A DNA stretch of 62,623 nucleotides, the filler included, from Platydemus manokwari (taxonomy: Eukaryota), in NCBI GenBank assembly GCA_037951405.1. It is 6 parts of 6 records of this genome, joined end to end, with 100 filler letters (N's around TTAATTAATTAA, not from the genome) between each part and the next. Parts side by side here need not be neighbours in the genome. Positions count along the whole stretch, not along the records: positions 51,770 to 62,623 come from JBBMOY011100776.1; 5 more parts are not named here. One strand, given 5' to 3'. The notes beneath the pieces were generated by a model. That model was given only the letters and a program-made list of their open reading frames with translations, was not told where the DNA came from and made no database searches. Below, in pieces: positions 51,670-62,623 of this stretch (position 1 is the first letter of the stretch; each line of letters begins with the position of its first letter). The translations under genes were made by a program, and so were the position numbers.

Positions 51670-51769
51670 NNNNNNNNNNNNNNNNNNNNNNNNNNNNNNN
51701 NNNNNNNNNNNNNTTAATTAATTAANNNNNNNNNNNNNNNNNNNNNNNNNNNNNNNNNNNNNNNNNNNN
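51670..51769. other. Artificial contig linker
   Basis: N44-TTAATTAATTAA-N44. Confidence 0.98.
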
Positions 51770-52179
51770 ATAATACATTTTATATTTCCTTTTGTAATTA
51801 GTGTACAGTTGAATCTCGTTATATCTGGGTTTACATAAATGTTATAGATATTAGATTGTTATTACATCACTAATTTTATAAATCCCAACACTTCTTTGTA
51901 TAATTTCATTTATATATGAGGAATTTCTCTGATACCTGGTGGAATTTTATTCGTGTATTCAAAAGAATTATTATTACCATTAATATTACAAACAGAATTA
52001 AAAGCACTTATTGACATTAAATCAATTTCATATTCAAATCTCTCATCTAACTTTAAAGGCACAGTAAAACTAAATTTTCAATCTGATTTTTTACTAGTAG
52101 ATATTATTACTGTACTATATTTTTTAGATATAATATTTATCAATTTACATAATTTCTCTCGTAATGGAGCTCCGTTCAT
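51770..52179 (-). pseudogene. Polinton/adintovirus minor capsid (penton)-like gene remnant
   Basis: The minus strand reads MNGAPL..SKKSD*KFSFTVPLKLDERFEYEIDLMSISAFNSVCNINGNNNSFEY..IPPGIREI, matching the S.F....PL.L...YEVAL..I...NS..NI...NN.F.Y..IP.G.Y pattern of Polinton pentons. Confidence 0.6.
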
Positions 52180-52265
52180 TTTATAATTGAGAATTTATTT
52201 TTCATATGATAACAAATAAATTCGTTTATCTTTAATCTGTTTCAGAAATGGTAATTTTTCATACC

Positions 52266-52688
52266 TAGTATTTTTTTATAAAATCATATAAACCTTTACC
52301 GTCATAAGGATTTAAATGAATCCCAGCTCCTTTAGCTCCAGTGTTTTATTATTTAATTTTATCAATTTTTTATTTGGTTTTTTCCAGTTCCCCGTCGGTT
52401 TACTTAGCTTGTTTTAGCTTATTTTCAGAGAATTTATTTCTTTGAATTAATATCTATACCTTTATTTATTTTTAATAGCTTTTATATTTTCATTTAGTTC
52501 TTCTGTTGTTTTCCCTGATTTTGAATAACAGGTTCTAAAATTGATTTAGAAAATTCGGTGATAACTTGATTTAAAAAAATTTTAGAATATTGTTTTTCAT
52601 CAGCCAACTTATTGATTTTATTTTTTAAAGCTATGATTTTTCTCAATAACTACATCCTTTTGTTTATGTCATAAACATTCATAGCCAT
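52266..52688 (-). pseudogene. Polinton/adintovirus core-protein-like remnant
   Basis: A basic coiled-coil N-terminal part, and a C-terminal GAKGAGIHLNPYDGKGLYDF resembling the GxGLxLxPY..GxG repeats of Polinton virion proteins. Confidence 0.45.
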
Positions 52689-52789
52689 TTTTTACTGAAA
52701 ATTTGATATTTTTATTTTTTTTGTTAGAGCCTGAGGGTGTTGAAAAAAAAATTTTGTAGTATATTGCGTCAAGCACTGATCATAACTAC

Positions 52790-53117
52790 TATTCATGAGC
52801 AAAAGAAAAAAGTTTTTAAAAGCTGAGGAAGTTGAAGCGTTTGAATATTATTTTGAGAATGGTCAAAGAATTCCTAAAAATATTTCGTTTGATAAAGAAT
52901 CCTTTATTAAAAGTAAATATTTTAAAAGGTTTTTTTGACAAAAATAGTATTATTTTATATCTTGCAGAAAATAAAAGAAAAGTTGTATTTGCTGAAAGAT
53001 TTATTAGAACTTTGAAACATATTATGTGGAAACATTTTACAACTTTTGGACATAAAGATGGGATAATATTTTATTATAAAGTATAGTTAATAAATATAAT
53101 AATAAAATTCATTCTAG
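52790..53117 (+). pseudogene. Polinton/Maverick c-integrase fragment
   Basis: RIPKNI.FDK, then ENKRKVVFAERFIRTLKHIMWKHFT and VNKYNNKIHSS, typical of Maverick integrases (KA..VERFNRTLK..MWKYFT..YNN..HS). Confidence 0.75.
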
Positions 53118-55375
53118 TTGTTCAGAAGGAAGGCCACTCCGGTGGACTTTTATTTTAAAAAGGTAGATAAAGTGGTGAAAGACATATTGTCTCACAACAT
53201 AACTAAAGATGAGCTAACTGTTTTCCTCTTGGTGCATTGTGTAGATGATGCGGAGTTAGAAAAAGAAATTAAAATGAAGGATATTGAGGAAGTGGATCAA
53301 ATAGAGAAAACCGTAAAAAAGCTAGATGGAGTAAGAAATAAAGAAAGAGAAGTAAACACGATGGGAGCAGGAAAATGGACCACGATAGTAAGGAAAAGTA
53401 GATCATAGGTCATGATATAATTGCAAAATACCAGAGCATATAGCACGAAATTGTAAAAGCGAGAAAGCAGTAACGTGCTACGTCTGGCACCGAGTAGGTC
53501 ACATGGCGATATATTGCACAAATGTCATAAAGTGCAGCAGATGTCAATACCAAGGACATCACGAGAGTGCATGTTATACGAATCTAGAGAAAGAGGGACA
53601 ACAAAGGTCAAAATACAAGCAAGGGACATCAATAATCCAGCAAAGGTTTGATCACAGACAGAATACCACTAGAATAAATGAAAACAGACAGAATTTCAAC
53701 GGGAAAAATTACTGAATGGTGAGCCGAAGTAATAGACAAGTAGCTGCAGTCAACCAAGAATAGGATTCAGAATACAACGAAGAACACCCAAAAGAGAATG
53801 TGCCGAATCCCGGAGAGTGGGTCGGGGCAATACGCTAAACAATAAATCTAAGTCTAAGCAAGATAACGAGAGTTTTTAACGATATTTTTAATATAAGTAA
53901 TTTAAATAAAATAAACAAAATAAAAACTAAAATAAACAAGTAAGGCAGTCCCCAGAACATGAAAAACTGGAAAGTAGAAAAACAAATTGTAACCGGTAAC
54001 AATGATGATATAGAATCAGGAAAGAGTGTACAATGTAAAGTTTAATAGAAAGAGTAAATGTCATGGATAAGACGATATTAGAGACACTGAAACAAGTAGA
54101 AATCAAATATACAAGTGAAAATTTACGATGCGCCAACGACAGTAGATTAGAGGTTCTTGGTAGAATAAGAATAAAAGTCAAGTTAGGAAGTCAGTCCAAG
54201 ATGATATCATTCATAATAGTTGAGCACATGAAACTGAAGATTATAGCGGAATAGAATTTCAAGAAGAATTTGGATAAGAGTTACAATGGAAAAAGAACTC
54301 TCAGCACAAAGAAACAGAATTAAACACCTCTATCTGTGAGATAACATCGAGATTTGGTAGGAGTATAATCGATGAAGATAGATTCAAGAAACCAAAAGAA
54401 TATCTTGCGATGAAAGAAGAATCTCGTTCATGGGGGATATTAAAAGCGAATAGTAACGTATTCATGGCAGATTATTGGAACATCGGTTGTACAAAGTTAG
54501 TAAAACATAAGATTGTAACAAATGGTAGTCTCAATCAGCAAATTTTGAAGGAAAGATATAAGAGGCAATCAAGAATTTAAGAGAAAACAACATTATAAGA
54601 AAATGCAATTCATCGTGGAATACGCCACTTGTATGTATATGGAAAATAGATAGAAAGGATATAAAATTATACCTTGATTTGCGACTTTTCTCATGCCAAA
54701 TATAGAAGACCTATTAGACACTTTACATGGCTCTAAGTATTTCACTTCGGTAGACTTAGGAAATGCATATTATCAGTTAGAGCTTCACAAAGAATAACAA
54801 GACAAAACGCCATTCTCGACGAAAGATGAGCAATACTGTTTCACACGGATGCCGTTTGAAATGGCAGTAGCACCAGGAACATTTCAAGAATTGATGACAA
54901 AAATATTATGGGATAAGAAAGAAAAAGGAGCCATTGTATATTTGGACGACATATTAATATTCTCAAAAATGATAGAAGAACACTAAAAAATACTGGAAGA
55001 AGTAATGAAAAGAATAGGAAATGCAGGACTGCGCATTAATCTAGAAAAATGTAAAATAATAAGAAAAGAAATTAAGTTCCTGGGTCATATCATAAATGAA
55101 GAAGGTATTAAGATAGACCCAAGTAAGATTAAAGTAATAGAAAAATTTGAAAGACCAAAATGTATAAACAACCTACGAAGTTATAAGTCTGTGTTAAGTA
55201 TGCCAAAAAAATAAAGTGACAACAACAAAAACGAAGGAAGAACCAAAGTCAATGCAAACGAGAGAGCCGTTCGAGAAAATATATATATCGACATTTGCGG
55301 ATTGTTAAAAGAAACAAATATAGGAGAAAAATATATACTGACGATAATTGACCAGTTCAGTAGATACATAGTACA
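53118..55375 (+). mobile_element. Degenerate Gypsy element: gag with three CCHC knuckles, protease region, RT, then deletion-fused integrase fragment
   Basis: Knuckles NCKIPEHIARNC, CYVWHRVGHMAIYC and CSRCQYQGHHESAC. RT motifs SSWNTPLVC, YFTSVDLGNAYYQL, RMPF...APGTFQ, IVYLDDILIFS and KFLGHII. Integrase motif PFEKIYIDICG..KYILTIIDQFSRY. Confidence 0.9.
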
Positions 55376-55559
55376 CCCATAAATAAATATTTGTATTTAT
55401 AAAATGATCTTGTTCAAAACATCACCGTAATTTCTCAATTTAAAAAAATACTTTTTAAAAATAATTTTATATAAAATTAAAAATTTAAAAATAATGTTTC
55501 TTGCATTTGTGTTTACGTGATCCTTTTCACTATCGTCTAGCTGTTCCATGGTAGCACAA

Positions 55560-56450
55560 ACGGCAAGTTCAATTGCATCTGTGTGACATCGATGAGTGTG
55601 AAATATATAAGTCTTTGAAAGATTTCTGGAGTTCCCATTAAACCGAATGTTAATAAGCTAAATTAAAATAACCCATCATTATTAACAAGCGCTGTTTTAC
55701 ACTTATCTTGCTCCTTAATTTCAAATTACCAATATCTTATGTTTAAAACAATAGTTAAAAATATCTGAATTTTTTGATAATTTTCTTTTTTGTGGCAGAA
55801 GTAATAGATTTATATCTTTTCTAGTGACTACATTTAATTTTCGATAGTCAATACACCATCAAATGCTACCATCTTTCATTTTACCAATACAACTGAGAAT
55901 ATTCATGAGAAAAAAATTATTAAAACATTATTCTCAACTATTTTTGTTTCTATCTTCTATTCTTTTCCAAAAAGAAATAAGGTAAGGTCTCATCTCACGC
56001 ATTCTCCCTTGATCTCAATAAAATTGGATTCTTTTAGGAACGTCAAATTACAGTTCTTCTAAATCATTTTATAAGCTAAACTGATTCCCCAATCTGCCAT
56101 CTTTTGTGTTATGAGTTATTAAATGGTTGTGTTTGCATTTGTAAAGTCAATTCATTAAATACACTTTCCCTTTGTCATATTTCTATTAAATGCTCTTCCA
56201 TTACTACAGCTTTATCAACAATTCGTACGGTAAATTTATATGACTCTCTCTTTCACTCCCCACTAGTTTCTACATATCATCTGACCAAAATCAGTTCTCT
56301 CATTGTGTAATCTCTTTTCGCACTCAGTTTGATTTTTATTATTGATCAATTCAATTTCATTAGCTTGTTTGTTCTCTTTAATAAAAGCGTCTTTTGAAAC
56401 TTCATTTTCATTAAAAATATCATCACCTTATTGAAATGACAAATTAAATC
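55560..56450 (-). mobile_element. Second degenerate Gypsy remnant in the opposite orientation
   Basis: The minus strand reads VVLVK/KDGSI*WCIDYRKLNVVTRKD (~55900-55810) and EQDKCKTAL...GLF*F..LTFGLMGTPEIFQRL (~55715-55610). The upstream boundary is approximate. Confidence 0.7.
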
Positions 56451-56589
56451 ATATTTCTTAAATTTCATTTATTGCATCTCTTTTTTTCAAAATTGACTCG
56501 TTTATGTTCTATATTTTCATTAACAATTATTTACTCATAATGAACCTCAACATTAATTTTATTTGCTTTTCAAGATTTTATTCAAATTT

Positions 56590-56790
56590 TTGCGTAACCT
56601 GGGGTTTAACGTTGATATTGACATCTACCGTGTTGAGGTGGACACAAGACTTCGTTCAAACTAGATAATCAGGGACAAGAAGAGAAAAACAGCTTTCCTA
56701 CTGGATATAAAAGTACCCTACTATACCGAGCTTAACTTTACTTGTAATAGTGAGAACAATAGACCCAAATATGATTTAGTAAGTAAACTA
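56590..56790 (+). mobile_element. REL-endonuclease 3' fragment of a second non-LTR retrotransposon
   Basis: LRNLGFNVDID...VDTRLRSN*IIRDKKRKTAFLLDIKVPY...NRPKYD, a decayed RPD..D..P..KY motif that parallels the element at 35.3-36.8 kb. Confidence 0.65.
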
Positions 56791-57897
56791 TAAATGTAAT
56801 GTTAAGCACTGGCTTTTTTTATTAGCTACGAGGTCGTGTTTCCTTTTCTCAATATATAAAAGCAGTGGCCAGTATAGCCATTATTCAATAGGTTTTAATA
56901 AGGAAATTATCGGCTTTCATGAGGCCTTTTATATAGTGTGAGACTTGTACTAGTTTAATTATGCTCCTCCGTTTCTTACCTCTTTCTTCTTGTTATATTC
57001 AGGTATGGGATTTTTTATGGAATTTTATATTTATTTTTATGTACATATTTTACTATTTTTTATTTCTGGACTTCTTGGTATCTCGATCGCAGACAAGATT
57101 GTTGGTTGAAAGTGGAATTTATTGTCGACAGGCTCTCTTGACGTTAGTGAGATGGCAGACAGTTTGATTATTAAAGGCCTTGTGCCTATAATTGTATAAA
57201 AAGTCAAAATAATACGGCCGAGCAAAGATCTATCAAGTCGATAAGCGAAATATTTAAATTTGGTCATATTAATAAATCTTTTTAAAAAATGCCTAATAGT
57301 ACAATTACAAGTTAAAATTTAAATTGGTTTTATTAAGTGGTTTTATCTTTAAGTCCAAGAAAATTGAAAATTTTAAAATACAGCAGATTAACTGATATTT
57401 AAATTTTTAATTCACAATACCTCATAATGGTGTTCTCAGTCATTTTTAAAAATCTACTTTTCAAGACTTATGTACGAGATTCCATAAAATTGTATTAGAT
57501 AGGCATTTAACAATATCTGATTTTTTAATTAGTACCTTTGGTTAACTAGTTCTCTTAACATTTTACATTAACATTAATTAGATTAAAAATTGACAAAAAT
57601 TTTATGATAAGTCTAGAAACATTTATATATTTGATAAATCTGAAAATTTATTATTAAAATTTACAAATTCTCTTTTGGATCTTAAATTTAATTTCCAATG
57701 TTATATAAACAGTATTGAGTATAAACAGAAAATTTTTAATTTTTAAAATTAATTCTTTTAAATTGTTCTTGTTTTATTAACTATAATTTTCATAAAGCAG
57801 ACGTATTATTTGTAATTTTTAATTTGTCTATAATATATATATATATTAAGTTAAAGTTTTTAGTATATAGTATTTTTAATTCATTTATATCAAGAAA

Positions 57898-60800
57898 ATG
57901 AGTAGGAGTAGTAGAATTCGAGATGTTGATTATAGTAGAGATGATAGACGAACAAGAGTATCTTCAGAAATTAATAGTTTATCCTCAAGAGTTTATATTG
58001 GAAATCTTAATACCAAAAATTTGACACATCGCGATATTTATGATTGGATGAGTAAATATGGAAAAGTCATAGGTACTTCTAAAAAGATAATATTATGTTA
58101 TTGAAATGTCTAGATATTGCATTTCTTGAACGTCATGTGTTAGTGCAGTTCGATAGAGAAAATGATGCTCGTCGGGCTATTGACAGAGAAAAGGGTCAAA
58201 GTTACAGAGGGATTAGAGGTGATATAAGGTTTGCTTCGTCATCGGATGGATCACTGGATTCTCGTTCGGAAATGCCAAGAAGCAGAAGTCCTAGGTATGG
58301 GTATGATTTTTTCTTGAATTCTTAGACTACACAAATAATTTTAGACAGTTACCTTACGAGCGTGATTCTAGAGATATGTCTCCGTATAGAGAATCTGGTA
58401 GAGATCGATCCCCGGTTGATAGAGATAGATATTACAAAGGTATATGTTGTCAAATTTGGGGATCTTATAATTCCTTGGTTTTCTATTTGGTTTGAATTTA
58501 TTTAAATTATTCTATTAGGGTAAATAAGTTTGGTAAAATTAATCACAATTCAGTAAAATCTAATATTTTAATCAGTTTAATTTGATTATAATTTTTACGA
58601 AATATATTAGGTCGATAAACTTAGCTTAATCCAAAGAGAATACATTAATTGATCCATTTTTATAGCGCTTCACAACGAAGAATCGAACAAACATGTCAAT
58701 GAATCTGATGGGCTTAATAGTTAGTTATTTATAGATTAAGATTTAATGATGATAAACGTTATTTCTTATAAATCTTAGATGAAAATTAATTATTTTTTAA
58801 TTTATTAAATCTAGATATATTGATTAACTTTGAAAATTATAAGTCAATAACATTAGAATAATAAATTTATAATGTTTATTAACCTGTATTTTAAGATATC
58901 CTAAAATAGTCAGTATTTAATGATAGTATTTATCATTGAAATCAATGATAATAAATCATTGAATGATATTATGGTCCATAATCATTTGTTATTAGTTTCA
59001 GATGATTTACCAACAAAATAATAAATACCATTCATTACTTGTTAAAAAACTGAGCTACACTTTCGACAACTATTTATGATGTCCGAAGCAACCTTGATTT
59101 TTAGGATGAATTTTTAATGTGATTTTTATTTTTATAAGAATAATTAATACAAGTCGACATAATAGTTATTACTCAGTTATATTTATCTAATTTGTTATGT
59201 TCAGTCTATTTGTATGAATAAATATAATGAATTAATTGACACATTTTACCAGATTAGAATTTATCTTATTGTTCAGTACATTTTTACTGTTTTTAATTAT
59301 GGGGTTAAGCTTTATGAATACATAATTGCATATAACATAGTAAAATAAATAATTACATGAGATTTTTTGGCATGAAACTATTTTAACAGTATTTTTAAAC
59401 AACAATAAATAGCATCAATTCTAATAAAGGAGGCTCTATAAGGGAAATTTAGATTAAAATAAAATTGCAATTATAGTTGAGAAAGATCGAATAATGTTAT
59501 GCTTACGGGATGATAATTTTATAAATATGCCATAATTTTTTATTTATAAAATAATTTTAAGACCGACATAATTCACCAGAATATAGGAAATACGAAAGGC
59601 CTAGGAATGCCATTGATGATGGTCGACCTAGATCAAATACTCGGTAATATTCGTTAAATAATTATGTTTACAACTTAAAATATTAATTAGGCCAGATTAT
59701 CCAATCGCAAGTTCTAAAGATGTTCAAGAACCAAAATGGAATTCACCTCCATTTACTGATAAAATTGGAACAGATCGACCAGGTTTCGACGCTGCAATAA
59801 TCGTTATGTCTAGTGAATTACTAAATTATGCCGAAACAATCGAATCCCGTCTTCAGCGTCAAATAGCTCTGACAACTCATATTATAGTTCTTAAAGAAGA
59901 GTCTCATGCAAATGCATGTGTTGAAGATCTAAATAATAAAGGAGTGTTATATGCGTTTTTAGTTAATGGTCAGAATGAAAAGCATTTCAGTTGTACATTA
60001 AGAATTCTTTATGGTTCTCCACAAGGTAAATTTTTGTAGTATTTGAAAAGATCTAATTTTTCAACGGACTTTCTGGGAGGTGGCGTTTTTAACCTTATGT
60101 TATAGTTTATATTTCTTGCAAATAATGTGTTTGTAGTTTTTAATTAACGTTGTATCAGGTATGATAACCGAATCTCAGTAAATTTATAAAATTGTATTTG
60201 AAACAATGTTAATGACTAATATTTAATTATGCTAATATTGTATTTACAAATCATTACACTTTTTAATATTTAAAATTAGCATTGAAATCTGTAAATTTAT
60301 CATCTTTCTGTCTCAGAAGATAGAGCTTACTTGCTGATTATAGCTAGTCAAAGCTAATTAATTTTGATTTTCTAGAACATAGAAACATGCCATTAAATAA
60401 CGCTTTATCTTACGTTGCTCGAAATTTCGAAAGTTATCAGAAACGCGTCAGAGATCTAAAAACAATTGCTCCTAAGCCGACATTCGATCCATCAAGAATG
60501 CCACCTGGTTTTATAGCACCGGATGACAAAGTTATTTATTATCTACATTTACTGGCAGACTCTAGGATGCTGACTATTGATGAGTTAAATGAAGTGATTG
60601 ATTTTGTTAAAAAACGAATCCATGCATTGGCAAATGCAGAAGAAACTATGGAAAAAACTCGTACGTTATTATATATCTTATTTTTAAATATAATTAGTGG
60701 CAATATTGAAATATTGTCATTTGAAAGAAGAGTTTTAATTTTGTCTATTTGGATTAATTATATGGGGGTTATCTAGATTATTTTAACTTTTTAAAAAGAA

Positions 60801-61396
60801 ATAACAAAAAATCAATTACTTATGATTTTGTAGCGATTCCAGGCATGCCAGTTGAATCAATGCAAAACAGCTTGTCCTCTAAAAGTTCAGTACCTGGAAA
60901 TCAACCCGTACGCGATGAAAAGGTAATTCAACATCAAACTCAGCTTCATTCTAAAATATTGAATATACTGAAACCTGTTCCACATCAGCCAGTTGGTGAT
61001 TCAGAAATACCCAACATGGAGCAATTTAGTACATATAATGATCCCAATGTCGCAACATCCAAGAATAATATGGTTATAAATCCTAAAGTGCAACAAGCAT
61101 TAGACACCTTGATGCAATCGCAGTTTAGACCAAATGTCCCAGAACAAAATATTTCTGAAGAAGGTTCACGTAATTTTCCTTCACCTAATAATCAAATGAT
61201 GAATGCATATTCAATGAATCCAAATGTGAGATCCGTAAATCCTCATTCTGTACAACAAAGACCAATGGCTCAAGGACCATCTGGTCAGTCATTTGGAAAT
61301 AATTTCCATGGTTATTATCAGCCACAACCATTAGGACAACCTATTTTCAGAGGAAGACCTCCTTTCCAACCTAGACCCCAATACCCTGGATATTAA
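57898..61396 (+). CDS. NCOA5: Nuclear receptor coactivator 5 (NCOA5/Neosin-like): RRM, RS/RD region, anticodon-binding-like domain and Q/P-rich tail, ~571 aa
   Basis: Exons 57898-58072, 58114-58294, 58345-58439, 59562-59643, 59691-60025, 60376-60660, 60834-61396 (1716 nt, in frame). [30 protein letters not shown]5 signature [21 protein letters not shown]|EHRNMP..AL..VARNFE.Y. Confidence 0.92.
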
Positions 61397-62623
61397 ATAT
61401 CTGGATAATTATTCTGTGTCATTTAAAAAAATAGTTATTTTTATTGAAATTATTTAATATCGTTTGAAAATAATGATTACTAAGCTTCGCGCTACAAATA
61501 ATCTAAAAGTAAAAAAAAATAGGGACACTACTTGATTCGAGAATGTGATTTAACTCAAAGATTTAATTGCATATTTAAGTTTTGTATATAGAAAATGGAA
61601 ACATCTGTTAATATAAGTTTCTGGTATTTTAATTTCGCACTTGTGTTATTGGAGTTGATCAAGGTAACATTCGATTTTAATGTTTTACAATTTTCAAAAG
61701 CATAATTGAGAAATTTTCAATAAATAATGCTTAAATTAAACCTTGAATCTAATTTTAATTGATGTTGTGAATTGTAAATAGCTAATATTTTGGATTTTTA
61801 ATTTCGAATAGATTTATCAAATGCAATATATATAAATATATATAATTATCTTTTTGTAAAGAAATATTTCACCTTTTATTAAAATTTGTTTTTCATTAAA
61901 TTAATTTATTGCTATTGTAGTTCTAAATGAAATATCATTTGATATGGATTAAAATTAAATTTTAGATTTTAATTAATTTGACAATTTTAATTATAAAATT
62001 ATGAACTCGTATTAACTATTACAAATTAAAATCTATTAATTTATCCTTTTTGAAATTAATGGAAATTGGGCGCATATACTTTTAATTTAGTTTTGATCAC
62101 ATACTGTTACATTTGATAATTTAATTATGATCTTTGATAGATTACATTTTATTCAATAAATAATTTGATCTAAAGCCTTTATCAAAAATATTTAATTGGT
62201 TTTTATTATCTTGTTAAAAGATCAAAACGGAAAAGTTCTTTAAAATATTTTTAGCTGTTAAAATATTAAATTACGTGCTAGACTTCGTTGAAGTATAATT
62301 ATTATATTTAATTATGATTATGTGCATATTAATAAATGATTTATATAAATTTCAAAATATTTTTTTGTCTTGTATTTGGTTATTGTCATGTGGGATAAAT
62401 ATTTGGCGCTAATAATGTATGGTTAAATTTTTTGTAAATTGTTTTGGACGAACATTTGTTTATTATTTTAAAAGAAATTAGTGTGTTTTAAGAAATTTGA
62501 ATTATTAAGAAAGGTGTTCTTCAATTCCTACTGGAACAAAAAAATTTTCATTGTTTAGATATCAGATTAAGTAATAATTGGAATATTAATATCATTATTT
62601 TTATGATTGATTTATTGAAAGCT

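Noticed and set aside
9004-51725. Recurrent TTAATTAATTAA palindrome as a biological repeat or CRISPR-like spacer system
   Set aside because: It is always centred in N44 padding, so it is a synthetic six-frame-stop linker.
1669-61396. Functional cluster of dve, VDAC, foxF, Nudix and NCOA5
   Set aside because: Each gene is on a different contig; the adjacency is artificial.

Overview
Very AT-rich eukaryotic genomic DNA with short (about 40-60 nt) GT-AG introns. This is consistent with a planarian (Dugesiidae) draft assembly, but the taxon is an inference. The window is not one locus: it is six contigs (1-8959, 9060-21100, 21201-30775, 30876-41987, 42088-51669, 51770-62623) joined by five identical 100-nt linkers (N44-TTAATTAATTAA-N44), so order across linkers means nothing. 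Host genes reconstructed by hand with phase-consistent splice sites: a dve/Compass (SATB-family) double-homeodomain gene, a VDAC porin, an 827-aa low-complexity orphan, FoxF, a 113-aa orphan secreted protein, a Nudix hydrolase (YJR142W/NUDT20-24-like) and NCOA5. Much of the rest is decayed mobile DNA: hAT and Merlin/Mutator-like MITEs, a mariner end, two non-LTR retrotransposon fragments with a restriction-like endonuclease (REL), several Gypsy remnants and a Polinton/Maverick (adintovirus-like) remnant. The best candidate for an undescribed system is the Gypsy element at about 36.8-39.5 kb. Its integrase runs into a signal-peptide plus transmembrane env-like ORF, followed by an unknown ~375-codon accessory ORF behind a splice acceptor, with X-box-containing LTR-like DNA downstream. 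No prokaryotic features (rRNA operons, CRISPR) were seen.
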